The position numbers and the translations under genes are program-made. A stretch of DNA of 64,000 bases, taken from assembly GCF_006345805.1 (NCBI RefSeq), contig NC_043002.1, forward strand, positions 15,190,001-15,254,000, in the 5' to 3' direction. Below, piece after piece: positions 1 through 12,330 of this stretch. Source of the DNA: Octopus sinensis (Eukaryota). Within the stretch, counting starts at the first letter, position 1. Each line of letters starts with the position of its first letter. Below the pieces are notes generated by a model. It saw only the letters and a list, made by a program, of their open reading frames with translations, was not told the DNA's origin and searched no databases.

Positions 1-1875
1 TTTTCATTTGCAAAAAAACACAGAGTCACTGGTTCTACTGTTGGCCCTCTGATTGATGAAAATGGTACTCTTCAAGACAATGCCAAAACCATGGGAGAAA
101 TTTGCAGAAACAATATTGCTCTGTTTTCAGCAATCCTGATATGACTGATCTGGGCTGTATCAGTGATGTTACTCCCCAATACACTTTATCGGACATACCA
201 TTTGGCGCTCCTGATGTCTTAGCAGCAATAAAGGAAATGAAGCATAATTCAGCAGTAGGTCCCGTAGGTTCCCTGCTTGTGTCTTGAAGATGTGTCAAAA
301 CCAACTTGCACCCCCTCTAGCCATCCATCTGTGGCGGAACTCATTGGATGCTGGATATATACCAGAAGACCTTCTATCCCAGTCTGTTGTCCCAGTTTTC
401 AAAAAAGGAAACAAATCGCTTGCCGTGAATTACCGTCCAATCTCACTCACCTCTCATATCATCAAGGTATTTGAGAGGGTGCTGAGATCGCGTATGACTC
501 ACTTCCTTGAGAGTCATAATATGCTGAACCCCAACCAGCATGGATTCCGTAATGGGAGAGATTGCCTGACGCAGCTACTGCATCATTTTGATGACATTTT
601 GAGAGCCTTGGGAGAGGGTTCCAACACTGATGTCATCTACCTTGATTTCAGCAAGGCCTTTGACAGGGTTGATCATAAGATCCTTCTGAGAAGCTGTCCA
701 ATATGGTGGTCACTGGAAAGCTGCTGCAATGGATCAAGTGCTTCCTCTCTAACAGAACCCAACATGTTGTAGTCGAAGGAGTCAAATCCAGCCCAGCCAA
801 AGTCAGCAGTGGTGTCCCACAAGGCACTGTGTTGGGCCCACTTCTCTTCTCACATCTACATAAATGATATTACTGACACCATCAAACACAGCAACATCAG
901 AACCTTCGCTGATGATTCCAAGCTCCAGAAGGTCATCAATGGCGTGGATGACCGAATAAACCTTCAGTCAGACCTACTGGCTGTTGTCCAATGGGCGGAA
1001 AAGAATAACATGTTGCTAATGAAGACAAATTCGAACTGATCCACTTTGGAAGGGAGGACGCTCTGAAACTCCCATACTCTCTTCCTTCTGGAGAAATTCT
1101 CATGGCATCCAACAACATCAGAGACCTGGGAGTAACAGTGGACAACAACATAAGCTGGGCTACACATATAAGCAGCAAAGTTGACATGGCCCGCAGAATG
1201 TGTTCCTGGATTCTCAGAACCTTCCAGTCGAGAGATTCCCACGCTATTATCCTTCTCTTCTCCACTTTTCCCGACCCCACCTTGAATACTGCTGTCCACT
1301 GTGGTCTCCCTACACAAAACAAAATATTATGAGAATTGAAGCTCCCCAAAGGTCAATCACAAAAAAGATAGATGGCATGTCAGACCTTGACTACTGGGGT
1401 AGACTAGAGAAGCTGAAATTGTATTCACTCCAACGACGCCGTGAACGCTACATTATCTGTATGATGTGGAAAATATTCCATCAGCACTGTCCGAATGATG
1501 TTGGCATCACCTTCAAAATGCATCCAAGGCTTGGACCACGTGCCATCCGTCCACAACAAATATCTAAATCGCATCACATAACGACAATACGGCACAACTA
1601 TTTCACCTCAATTGGACCCGCTCTCTTCAACATTACACCAGGACACGTCAAAAAGGAACTGACCACACAAATTCAAGAAGTCTTTGGACAAATTCCTTCA
1701 AACAGTACCGGACAAACCACCCACACCCGGATATGTCTCCGCAAACAATAACTCTCTGCTCGAATGGGCCTGGTGCCCAAATCCTGAACTGAAAGACTTC
1801 GCCAGGTGGTGCTATTAAGTTAGACATGGCCTGGGCCAATACTGGCCAAAAACCTTTCTAAGTTATTCTAAGTTA
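1..1875 (+). mobile_element. CR1/L2-group non-LTR retrotransposon, ORF2 reverse transcriptase region and 3' end; frameshifted and 5'-truncated by the window
   Basis: Successive frames give YRPISLTSHIIKVFER, NQHGFR, DVIYLDFSKAFDRVDH (284-772), GVPQGTVLGP, FADDSKL (809-1039), IRDLGVTVD and RPHLEYCCPLWSP..LYSLQRRRER (1200-1751). Ends in a tandem TTCTAAGTTA tail at ~1856-1875. Confidence 0.92.
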
Positions 1876-2120
1876 TATATATATTATATATAATATTATA
1901 ATATATTATATATATATATGCATAAATACACCTATACATACATGCATCTATATATATATAAATCCACACCACACACACCTGTGTGTATGTGAGCGTGTGT
2001 GAAGAATTCTTTCGTCGTGACGTGTGTGGTGTGTGTACAGTACGCGTATTTATCTATATAAATGATTAAAATGGCTCTTTACTCGTGCCGATGATATGTA
2101 TACAATAGTTTATATATAAA

Positions 2121-2387
2121 GTAAAGTGTACTAGCCATCTGAATGTGGCTAGCCACTGGGTGTGGAGTGTTACCGACGCTTTTAGCCCCAGGAGATCAAC
2201 GTCACCAGCTGGCCTTAGACACAATTTCAGTGCCCTTGTGTAACACAAGTGCACTGAAATTGTGTAACACAAGGGCACTGCAATTATGTTTAAGGCCAGC
2301 TGGTGACGTTGATCTCCTGGGGCTAAAATCGTCAGAAACACCCCACCCCCAGTGGCTAGCCCCATTCAGATGGCTAGTACACTTTAC
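2121..2387. mobile_element. Palindromic MITE/foldback element (~267 bp)
   Basis: GTAAAGTGTACTAGCCATCTGAATG at 2121 mirrors CATTCAGATGGCTAGTACACTTTAC ending at 2387. Internal arms (TTTTAGCCCCAGGAGATCAACGTCACCAGCTGGCCTTA) are also inverted. Confidence 0.8.
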
Positions 2388-3772
2388 GTTGTCGAGCGGT
2401 TACTGTTTATATCTTGTTTGGAGATTTATTAATAGTTTATATATAATACCTGCTAAATCAATTTATATCTCCCTCATCATTCCACGAACATTTGTTCTCA
2501 ACGTGACAGTGTTTGACAAGGAAACATTTGAGAAGGAAATCTCTGGGAAATCGGAAGTAGTACACTGACCCCAGGGTGGTGCAGCTTTTCATAAAATGCG
2601 AACAAAGAATATTTTTGAAGTCAGGAATAAAGAAATAAACATTCTGAATCAGTTATCCGTAGGTCCAATATTGTTTCAGCTGGAATACTCGTCCGTAAAT
2701 TTGAATATTAGTCTTGGCATTGACGCACGTCTTTAACCCTTTTCTAACCACATTTTAGCCCACGGCTGCCCGAAAGTTCTTTCTTCTTCTTTGTACTTAT
2801 AAATCAACATATTGCAATCTTTTTTGCGCCTTTAACGGCATCGATTGATAGATCTTGGATGACGTCCCAGCAGATCGAAGAAGGTAGTAGAATCTTTCGG
2901 GGTATTAAAAGTATTGAAGCCAGTATTTCACACAAAATCTGCTCGATTTTATTATGCAAATTGGCGCAAGAAGATATCGCTGAGGCCCAAATTAAAAACA
3001 TAAATAATAGCGTTTTTACGAATAATGAAGGAAAATATCCGAGCATTGTAAATGTCACGAATCATGGAAATGTTAAAAAAAATTATAAGATTATAACGAA
3101 TTGTAAATGTCTTAATCATAGACAATGAAGTAACTGTTGTGAAGAAAGCGCCTCATGTTACAAGCCAGGTTACGATCGTTTGCACTGTGATTATGGCTAT
3201 TTCTCCACAATATTTTCTTTCCCTTGTTCCCTCCTCTCCTATTCCCCACTCTCTTAAGTTTTGTAGAGATATTTGTTATTGTCTACAGTTTTGCTCAAGT
3301 ATTTTCCTTGAATAATAATTTACGGATTTTCTTTAATTAGTGCTAACATTTTCTTAGTTTCGGATTATATAATGAGATTACTTTCATCAAGATTAAGCAA
3401 ATGAATAAGTTAAGCTCGAATTGATTCATCATGTCAATGCTTTGATATACTAAACAATATATCAGATTTTCTTTCTTTATCTCATGTTTGGTACAACGTC
3501 CGAAAAATATTTTCAGATATATTTTCTTTGGATCAAATATCAAGATTGACGCTATCTCTCTGCTGGTAGATTGGCACAATCCATCTTCCTTTCCTACAAC
3601 AGGTTTTACGAGTGTTATCGCTAAGTTTAATGGCATATTTAGAATAGATTTGCTCTTTAGCTATTCTATAATTTACAAAATCTTTTCACCATCCATCCTC
3701 GAACTTGACCGTTTTTTTGTCCCAACGATTTCACATCGCTTCAATGTCAGGAAACCTAATAAAATAAATCAT

Positions 3773-4000
3773 TTACTCTTGCTCTTTTACTTGTTTCAGT
3801 CATTTATCTGTGGGCATGCTGGAGCAACTCCTTTAGTGGAGCAAATCGACCCCAGAACTTATTGTTTGTAAGCCTAGTTCTTATTCTCTCAGTCTCTGTT
3901 GCCGAACCGCTAAGATACGGGGACGTAAGCACACTAGCATCGGTTGTCAAGTGAAAATGGGGGGACAAACACAGACGCTCAAACATATACACATACATAC

Positions 4001-4064
<64 letters not shown>

Positions 4065-4214
4065 ATATATACATACGACGTGATTCTTTCAGTTTCCGTC
4101 TACCAAATCAACTCACAAGTCTTTGGTCTGCCCGAGGTTATAGCAGAATACACTTGCCCAATTTGCCATGAGGTTCTTAAGCAAGCTACTTACCACACAC
4201 CCACTCCTACGCCT
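3773..4214 (-). mobile_element. tRNA-derived SINE, family A (internal CA/TA microsatellite), with a small internal deletion
   Basis: Homologous throughout to the full copies at 24546 and 42417. The reverse complement starts AGGCGTAGGAGTGG..GTGTGGTAAG and ends GAAACAAGTAAAAGAG. Confidence 0.85.
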
Positions 4215-5301
4215 ATTTATTAAAAGATCTTTTGAGCAATAAGCATGTCGCTGCTCGTTTCTTGATGTGGTAGTCACATGAGTTGAAATTTGCGTAACGT
4301 ATATTACATAATCTTCTAGATGTGCGTATGCCACATAACTGACTCTACCTTGTTTACCTAATTGTATGGTATGTATATCACAAAGGTAAATGTTCATGGA
4401 TATGAATCGAGGAAAATTGTTGCTATGTTTTATCTCTCAGGTTAGACTTAATAATATTGCAATTAGCAAAAGTTACAAAATGATTCATTTCAAATCGTTA
4501 TCAGTATATTCACTTCCGCCAATACAGAGGACGGACGTTATATTTACAAATTAGACCATGTATAGCAGCATATAGATATTATTCGATATCGATAAATGGT
4601 AGACATGATACTACAACGGAAACAAATATCAAATAAAGAAGTCAAATATAATTATAAATATAATGCAATCATATTAATTTCATACGAGTGTGTGTCTCTG
4701 TATGTGTGCATGTATATGTGGTTATACTCACATATGTGCAGGCAGGCGTATACATACAATAGATAAATACATACACACACACACGCACACAGACACACGT
4801 GCATATATGTATGTATAAATAAAAATATAAGTATATAAGTATAAACGGTTAGATGGATTCTTACGTAATTACTGAGTTCGGGTTTATGGCTATATTAGTT
4901 TTTATACAATTTATCAGTTTTGATACTTCACAGAAAAATAAGAGATATTATATATACACGTGATGACTTATCTTACTAAAGCAAACATTAAATAGAATAT
5001 CATAACTATGTTTCTCTTTCATAGTTGCATTTATTATGGAAAAGCAATATGATGTATTAACTATTAGTATATTCTGATAAAACTAATGTTGTATAAATGG
5101 CAACCTAATAACCATACAATCTGGCACACACACCTACACACATTCATGTTTGCAAATCCTCACATATGAAACTCGTATAAGTTTGTCTACATTTGCTTAA
5201 ATATATTTACGCATATATTCACACAAATACAGACACAGACAGTCACACATATACACACACACACACACATGCGCAGACACACACGCAGACAATCTAACAC
5301 C

Positions 5302-5349
5302 ATCTCCGATGAAGGGATATATGAAATATCCTGGAAACAGCTGTAAGAC
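5302..5349 (+). ncRNA. Minimal type-I hammerhead-like motif (U4C substitution in the core)
   Basis: TCT-CCGATGA-A-GGGATAT-ATGAA-ATATCCT-G-GAAA-CAGCTG-TA-AGA: stem I TCT/AGA, stem II GGATAT/ATATCC, palindromic stem III ACAGCTGT, GUA triplet. Confidence 0.6.
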
Positions 5350-5577
5350 AGTCTATTTATAAATGTTCTGAAATCTTTCACAGCCTTGGATTTTTATGTC
5401 ATTCTGTTAATTTTTTAAGTATACACATGCTGATATATGATCTACGTGAGACTCGTCTTTCGCCAAATCACCGAACCTAGAGCTTAACTATAATCTGTTC
5501 AGAGCAGTTAAAAGCATTACCTGACACATTTGGGTCTCCTTGACACCATTACCTCTCATAACCTATATATATATATA

Positions 5578-5700
5578 GATATTGGCCTGCTCACTTATCC
5601 AGCGGGGTGGCGTCATTCGAAGGCTAAAACAATGCGATCGCATTGTGACCATCGATGTGTAATAACATCTGATGGTCTGGTCGGTCACGTGATCACGTGA
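5578..5700. repeat. Unclassified ~120 bp insert flanked by (TA)n, probably a SINE/LINE 3' end
   Basis: GC-richer island between two TA tracts, ending in tandem TCACGTGATCACGTGA. Confidence 0.35.
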
Positions 5701-5718
5701 TATATATATATATATATA

Positions 5719-6773
5719 GAAGTCCAGAGAGCAGAAAATGCCATTATATATGGCCTTCATTGATCTAACAAAGGCTTTTGACTCGGTAAGCAGAACAGGC
5801 CTCTTCCTCCTGCTCCAAAAAATCGGATGTCCACCAAGGCTGCTGAGGATCATCAAGTCTTTCGATGATGACATGCAAGGCACCATACAGCACAACGGTT
5901 CAACATCAGCCGCCTTCCAAATAAAAAATGGGGTAAAGCAAGGCTGTGTCCTCGCTCCTACATTGTTTGGCATCTTCTTCTCACTCTTGCTGTCACATGC
6001 CTTTCAGACATCAGATGATGGAGTGTTTCTGCACAGTAGAAGTGACGGGAAACTGTTCAATCTCTCGCGCCTACGTGCCAAGACCAAAATCAGAAACGTC
6101 CTGATCAAGGAGATGTTATTTGCTGATGATGCCGCTCTGGTAACACACACAGAAGAAGCCCTCCAAAGACTCATTAACTGTTTTGAGCAAGCATGTAACG
6201 ACTTTGGCTTAGCTATCAGCCTTAAGAAGACCAACATCATGGGCCAGGCTACATCGGACATCCCAAACATACATATTGGAGACCACAGATTACAAGAGGT
6301 GGAGAAGTTTACCTATCTGGGCTCTACCGTCACCTACAACCTATCCCTTGACGCTGAGCTCAATATACGCATTGGCAAGGCAGCTGCTGCGATGGCCCAA
6401 CTCTCCAAACGGGCTTGGGACAGCAATAAGCTGACCAAGACCACAAAAATGAAGATCTACCAGGCATGTGTACTCAGCACTCTACTGTATGGAAGCGAGA
6501 CCTGGACGCTATACACACGCCAAGAGCGTCGCCTAAACATCTTTCACCTGCGCTGCCTCCGAAAAATCCTCCACATCAAATGGCAGAATCATATCCCCAA
6601 CAAAGATGTCCTCAGGCAAGCAGTACCTGCCAGAGGGAGTGTTTGTCCAGGATAGGACTACACAGCCACAGCAAGAAATGTAACAGGAAATAAAATATAA
6701 CAGCCGGACTAGACCTAGAAAAAAAAACTGCGCAACTCCATTGTCTCCCGAGACAGAAAGGATGCCAATACAA
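5719..6773 (+). mobile_element. RTE (BovB-like) LINE 3' fragment, RT domain, with an internal deletion
   Basis: ORF 5738-6655: AFIDLTKAFDSV, GVKQGCVLAPTLF, MLFADDAAL, FTYLGS, LLYGSETW. Jumps at ~6622 to the RTE C-terminal motif CQRECLSRIGLHSHSKKC*. 3' hairpin TGTCTCCCGAGACA, then TA repeats. Confidence 0.93.
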
Positions 6774-6889
6774 TATATATATATATAATACTATACTCAT
6801 AACCTATATGTCTATAATAAGAATAATAAAGAATCTTCTACCCACTTTTCTAACTTCTCCTCTATTCCTGAATACGGTCCCAAAATTCA

Positions 6890-7300
6890 CCTAATTGTAA
6901 TTGCTGTCCTGGAAACATCTGCCCGTTGCAAACCGATTGCAGAAGATAAATGCAATTTACAAATGCAGTATCCTTGGACTATTACACAACTCTAAAGTCA
7001 TATAAATATGATCAACCAAAGATTTTAAGCAAATATATGCCGCTCACCTCCATTCATTTAGATGTGATAAAATCAGTAAATCTACAACACTCGCCAACCA
7101 CATGTATCATCTCAAAAATACAAATATACCTTATACTCTATCATAGTCCATACTGGAGTAATGGCTTCCCTACCGAGGTCAACGCTCAACCTGCAAATCT
7201 TGCCTGAAGGAGGCACTTCACATATAAAGCACATCTCTCCAGCATTGCTAAATAAACATAATGAGGCACTAAGCTTATTCAACCACCGCTTTTTTTCACG
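6890..7300 (+). pseudogene. Degenerate GIY-YIG endonuclease region of a Penelope-like element
   Basis: Manual cross-frame translation: NCNCCPGNICPLQTDCRR/NAIYKCSI...FKQIYAAHLHSFRCDKISKSTTLANHMYHLKNTNIPYTLS*SILE*WLPYRGQRSTCKSCLKEALHI...LLNKHNEALSLFNHR. This resembles the PLE pattern CNC..CPL.G.C..IY...FK.RY..H..SF..T.LS..I..LK...W.IL..C.LCL.E...LLNKR.E. Confidence 0.7.
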
Positions 7301-8369
7301 CATTCAAATTCTACCACGAATCCAAATGCTTAAACGACCATATAGTATATTTCCACAATACCCTGTAGGTAATACCAATAACCTCATAATTCTACATATT
7401 GACTCTTAATCCCTATCTAATTCCTCGCTCTTACTCGAGTATCACAACCATCAAATTATATTCGTGTGTATATGCGTACATGCATATGCGCGTGTATATA
7501 TATATGTGTGTGTATGCGTGTATGTATGTTTGTATGCGTGAATGTATATAGGTATGCAGGGTATGTATACCTGCGTATACAGGGGTGATAATACATTCAG
7601 ATATACGTATATATGGGTCTGCATGTGTACATATACACATGAGTACGAGTTGTATATGCAGATATTGATATGTATAAACATCTGTATAAATACATATACA
7701 CGTGTCTAATATATACATATATATACATCTTCACATATATATTTTCCTCTACTACCAAGCACTGACGTGTCCAACCAACTAATCTATATTACTAAATTCT
7801 TCATTCCATACTTTTACTCTTCTCTATGCCCCATCACTTAGACTCTTTCACTATATAACTGACACTCCATTACATTTTACATTATTATACGCTCTCTCTC
7901 TCTTTATCACCCCCATTTCTTGTATCTTTTTACACTCTAATACATTTCTCGCTCTATCACCATCATCTCCCCATTCCTACATTCAAATTATCTTAACTGA
8001 CAACTATCTTGTACACTGCCTTATAATCTCTGTCCTTGTTTTTTTTTTTTTTTTTCTTTCTTTTCTTTATTCCCCTCTTTCTGTTTTCGATTTGACCTTA
8101 CATATTCATTCCATACTTTTAGGTCACTTTCAATAAAGCCCTTGATTCAATAGCACTGTGTACAAACTCTATACTTGGAATTACCTATTTTAGATACTAT
8201 TGAATTTTATTCACAATATATTGGAATCTTATATGCATACAATTCTGCCTGAATAATGGATCTACAAATGCAATATCTCTGCATATCTCACGTCTATTTT
8301 CATTCTTCCACTTACTCTCTATTTCGCATCTCATCTAAATTAATTATTGCTTAACCATTTTCTCACACC

Positions 8370-8417
8370 GTCTCTGATGAAGTGATATAAAAAATCTCCT
8401 GTAATCAGCTGAAAGAC
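8370..8417 (+). ncRNA. Degenerate hammerhead-like motif in the second direct repeat
   Basis: GTCT-CTGATGA-AGTGATAT..ATCTCCT-GTAA-TCAGCTGA-AAGAC: CTGATGA and stem I (GTCT/AGAC) intact, GAAA mutated. Confidence 0.45.
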
Positions 8418-8502
8418 CTATTTATATATGTTCTAAAATCTTAATACCGTTGGATTTTTATCTCATTCTGAAAAAAATAATTGTACATATATTTATATAT
8501 AT

Positions 8503-8850
8503 GTTAGTTAGTTAGTTAGTTAGTTAGTTAATTTGGCTCAAAAGCAAATAGCAAGGCCATGTAGGGGGACATGGAGTTAAGTACAGGGTGGTGTTCATGT
8601 AAAAGTTCAGGCCACCTGAGGTCCAGGGAGGCTTTGAACAAAGCGGTCGTCGGCATCTTCACCATCTCGTCTGGCAGCTTGTTCCACGGATCCGCAACCC
8701 GGACGGAGAAAGCCCCTCTCCTTCGATTGAGATGAAATCGTCGCAGGTAGAGCTTTTCGGAATGACCCCGCAGCCGACGCTCTGGAGCAGGAGTGAAGAA
8801 CAGCTCTTTCCAGAGGTTACACTTTCCGCTTATGATGTTGTGGGCGAGAA
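8503..8850 (-). mobile_element. CR1-group LINE 3' terminal fragment with (TAAC)n tail
   Basis: ORF 8528-8902: [44 protein letters not shown] (CR1-type C-terminus). (GTTA)n tail at 8503-8530. Second copy at 31590. Confidence 0.85.
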
Positions 8851-8894
8851 TGAGAATGAGATATACACACATACACACACAAACACACGCACAT

Positions 8895-8942
<48 letters not shown>

Positions 8943-9001
8943 TATATATATATACATACTCACATACACACACATATATATATGTACATACATATATAAT
9001 A

Positions 9002-9045
<44 letters not shown>

Positions 9046-9178
9046 ATATATATACACACATATATATGCATATATACATATATATCAATTATGCATTGAT
9101 ATAATTGTTCAATAAAGTCTGAAACATATGTAGTGCTAAATCCTTTGCATCCTGTTTTTAGTTTGATAAATAAAAACT

Positions 9179-9220
<42 letters not shown>

Positions 9221-11396
9221 TATATATATATATACTTCTTGTGCTCAAGATATTCAAACTTGAGAGGATATAGAACGAAATATGGGCATGTACATGTTAA
9301 ACAGATCAATATGATAGAATTGTAAAATGCGCACACTCAAATGTTTTACGGAATATTATAATAAACTTTAGAAAGTAGGAGACTAGCATTGTTGTTCAAA
9401 AGTATTAGAATAGCCATATGTTGTACATTGTGTGCCATCTTAAAATGAAAAGAGACTCATATGTGCATTACGATTTCACGATATTTATTAAACCATGTTT
9501 TGAATATAAACATTTGAAAATGTACAAAATGTGATCATTAACGTGGAAAAACGTAAATACATTATAATATTCTTCATGCCAAATTATATAAAAAAACATA
9601 TTTCACACTGGATGCAAATTACCATGATAATCAATTAAAAAAAAACTGGATTGATGATGAAGTGCGAAACCGAAATAATTATAAGCAAAGATAATTCGCA
9701 TTATGCTACACATATTAATGAAATATTTATGCGAATTAAACAAATTATTACTAAATTATTTTTGATTAATTACTTGTAAATTTATAAAAGTTACCATTGT
9801 TGCGTAAAGATTACATTAGTATTTTTGCACAATTGTTCTGTTAAAATTGAGTATACAGTAATATAATCTACTTAATTTTTGATATAATTTAATTTTGATG
9901 AACTAAACAAATTTCTTGTGATAAAATGATGCCACAGTATGTAAGCATATAGTACACATATAAGAAGGTTTGTTACCCTTTTCAGTGTGGGTATTTTCTC
10001 AATTCTAGTTTCGTACTTTTTAAGACGATGCTTGTAATATATTATATAATGTATTTCTCATAATGAGTGTCATCTAATGGGTGTATGTCTCAGTGTGCGT
10101 GCTTGTTCTTGTGTATGTGAGTTTGTGTATATGTGTGTGCGTGCATGTGCATTTGTGTGGGACCATTGAGTATGTGTGTGCATGCTTGTGCTTGTGTGTG
10201 TGAGCCTGTGTGTTCTTGTGTAGTCGCACATATTTTGTTTAATTTAGCTTTAAAATTCATAGAAATCAACGTAATTTATAGTTCTTTCGCATTTCCTTTT
10301 ATCAATACTATGTGTTAATTTACATTTCTTCCGTTTCTCCATTCATGTTACAATATTGCAATGGTTTGGCTCTTTAATGCCGGTTGCAGCATTTCGCCTG
10401 TTTGGTGGTTAAAAAGAAATACACATGGACTACTATAACTATTACGGATTTTTCGAGGTTGATCTCGTTTTATTCTTGGAAATTTACGGATATTACATAC
10501 ATAAATGAAGCAGATTTTCTCAAGCCTAAAATGCGATACTGTTTTTGATATATCTATATTCCACACCCATAAATACATAAAAACGGAGCACATTCGCACG
10601 CGCATACACACACGTACAACCAGTAGCTTCTTCCACATGCACAAATACATAAACATAGAACAATCTCACGCACACACACTCACACACACAAGAACAAGCA
10701 CGGACACGCATAAAAATGGTACACGCATTAGCTTCCTCGTCCACTTCGACACGTCAAACAGAATATGTTCATTGGTTTATGATAATTGAAAATTAACCAA
10801 TAAAACGCAATCACCTAGCAAACGGCCGTGGAAGAAGTTACTGAATGTACGTTTATATAACTTTATTTCCATTAAAATTCTCGTGTTCTGCATTTGCTGA
10901 AACCGAGCACTTAAATTATTAAAACAATAGCGAAAAAATTCTGGATTTGTCAACAAAAACATCCCAGTACCACCTATACATATATACAGAAAAATCCTGT
11001 TGCAAAAAATTAGTGAAGTTATAATAAGATTAAAGCGATTATGATTTCCGCGAAATAAATACGTTCCTAATATTTTAATTTTCTCCCTCCTCACCACAAT
11101 TACTTCATTTTTTACTTTTTCTTGGTGACCCATAGAAATAAAAGAAGTACGAATCTTTAAGAATGTTCTACTTTTTTCTTAAAGAAACCTAAAGTCTCTT
11201 TCCAAACATCCACTCATGCCATCGCTATTGCTAAAAAGCAACAAACTCCCAGAGTTTCTCATTGACCCTTTTTGAGTGCGAGCACATTTCTTAGGAAACA
11301 ATGTCGTTTACCTGTTATTTCTAGCATGTCGGTTTTCTGGTGGCGGTCGGTATCTTTTACCTCTGCTATTTAGTACAAATCTTGTGAGTGTAACTG

Positions 11397-11655
11397 CTAG
11401 ACGGAAACTGAAAAAAGTCCTTTGCATATGTTCGTATAAATATGTGTGTGTGCTCGTGTCTGTGTCTGCCACCCCACCACTTGACAACTGTCGTTGGCAT
11501 TTTTGCGTCCCCTTAACCTAGTGGTTCCGTAAAATGGACCGATGAAATATGTACCAGACATTAAAAATAAGTACTGAGGTTGCTTCATTCGACCAAAAAT
11601 TTAAAGCGGTGCCCCAGCATGATCGCGGTTGAATAGCTGAAACATGCAAAATTTT
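11397..11655 (+). mobile_element. SINE family A, diverged 3' part
   Basis: TAGACGGAAACTGAA..TTGACAAC..AATAAGTACTG..GCGGTGCCCCAGCATG..GCTGAAACA matches family A. Confidence 0.7.
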
Positions 11656-11667
11656 ATATATATATAG

Positions 11668-11938
11668 TAGGGAGAATTCACAAAAATAAAAAGAAAAGAC
11701 GATGACAACAAACAGATGTATTACTATAATGTCCGGCAACTGAAAAAGTTTTTAACGTTTCGAGCCTACTCTCTTCCACTGAATAGAACACATAAAAGAA
11801 ACAAGGTGAGAAAATACAGAATGTGTAGTGGCTAGCAATCTATCATGTCGAATGCCGGACAGATGGGTCACACAGGACAGCTAAAGAAAATGGGAGATAA
11901 TAAAGTAGTGGTGATCCCAAAATCAAGGTGCGCGTGCC
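11668..11938 (-). mobile_element. ~270 bp dispersed repeat (family H1) with a hammerhead-like motif, probably Penelope pLTR-derived
   Basis: Homologous to 43061-43317 and 55660-55932 (GGGATCAC.ACTACTTT..ATCTCC..CCTGTGTG.CC..TCTGTCCGGCATTCG). Reverse complement of 11748-11785 reads CAGTGGA-A-GAGAGTAGGCTC-GAAA-CGT-TA. Confidence 0.7.
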
Positions 11939-12119
11939 TCTCTCTCTCTATATATATATATACAAATATATATACATATATATATATATGTGTATAATCA
12001 ATAAGTATGCGCTTGTGTGTGCTCATGTGTGGTATGCATGTATTCCTGCATAGTTGCACCGATTTATATAAATATTTATATGACAGGAATATAACACATA
12101 AACTCTATAGCATACTGGT

Positions 12120-12330
12120 TTTCAAATTGTGGCAAAAGATCAGCAATTCCGGTGGAGGGACTGGTGAATTAAATCGACCTCAGTATTGAATTGGTATTTA
12201 GTATATAGACTTCGGTAGCATAAAATTCATAAAATGATCATTGCATAATTTCATCTTTTTGGTTTAAAACGGAAAGAATGCCGCTAAGGATTTTCGCCCT
12301 CTGCTAACAATTTTCTACCAACTCAGCGCC
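12120..12330 (-). mobile_element. SINE family B, heavily degraded
   Basis: TTAAATCGACCTCAGTA..TTGGTATTTA and GCCGCTAAG..TTTCGCCC..GCTAAC....CTACCAACTC.GCGCC resemble the reverse complement of family B. Confidence 0.45.

Larger units (their letters stand above)
5295..8475 (+). mobile_element. Decayed Penelope-like element: two ~110 bp direct repeats (5295-5410, 8365-8475) around a GIY-YIG remnant, with nested insertions
   Basis: The repeats share TCT(C)(C/T)GATGAAG.GATAT..AT.TCCTG.AA.CAGCTG.AAGAC..CTATTTATA.ATGTTCT.AAATCTT....C.TTGGATTTTTAT..CATTCTG. A GIY-YIG-like peptide lies between them. Confidence 0.7.

Noticed and set aside
10320-10530. Possible minus-strand exon after a CATTTTAG acceptor
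   Set aside because: All three frames hit stops and no recognisable protein emerges; it cannot be supported without RNA data.
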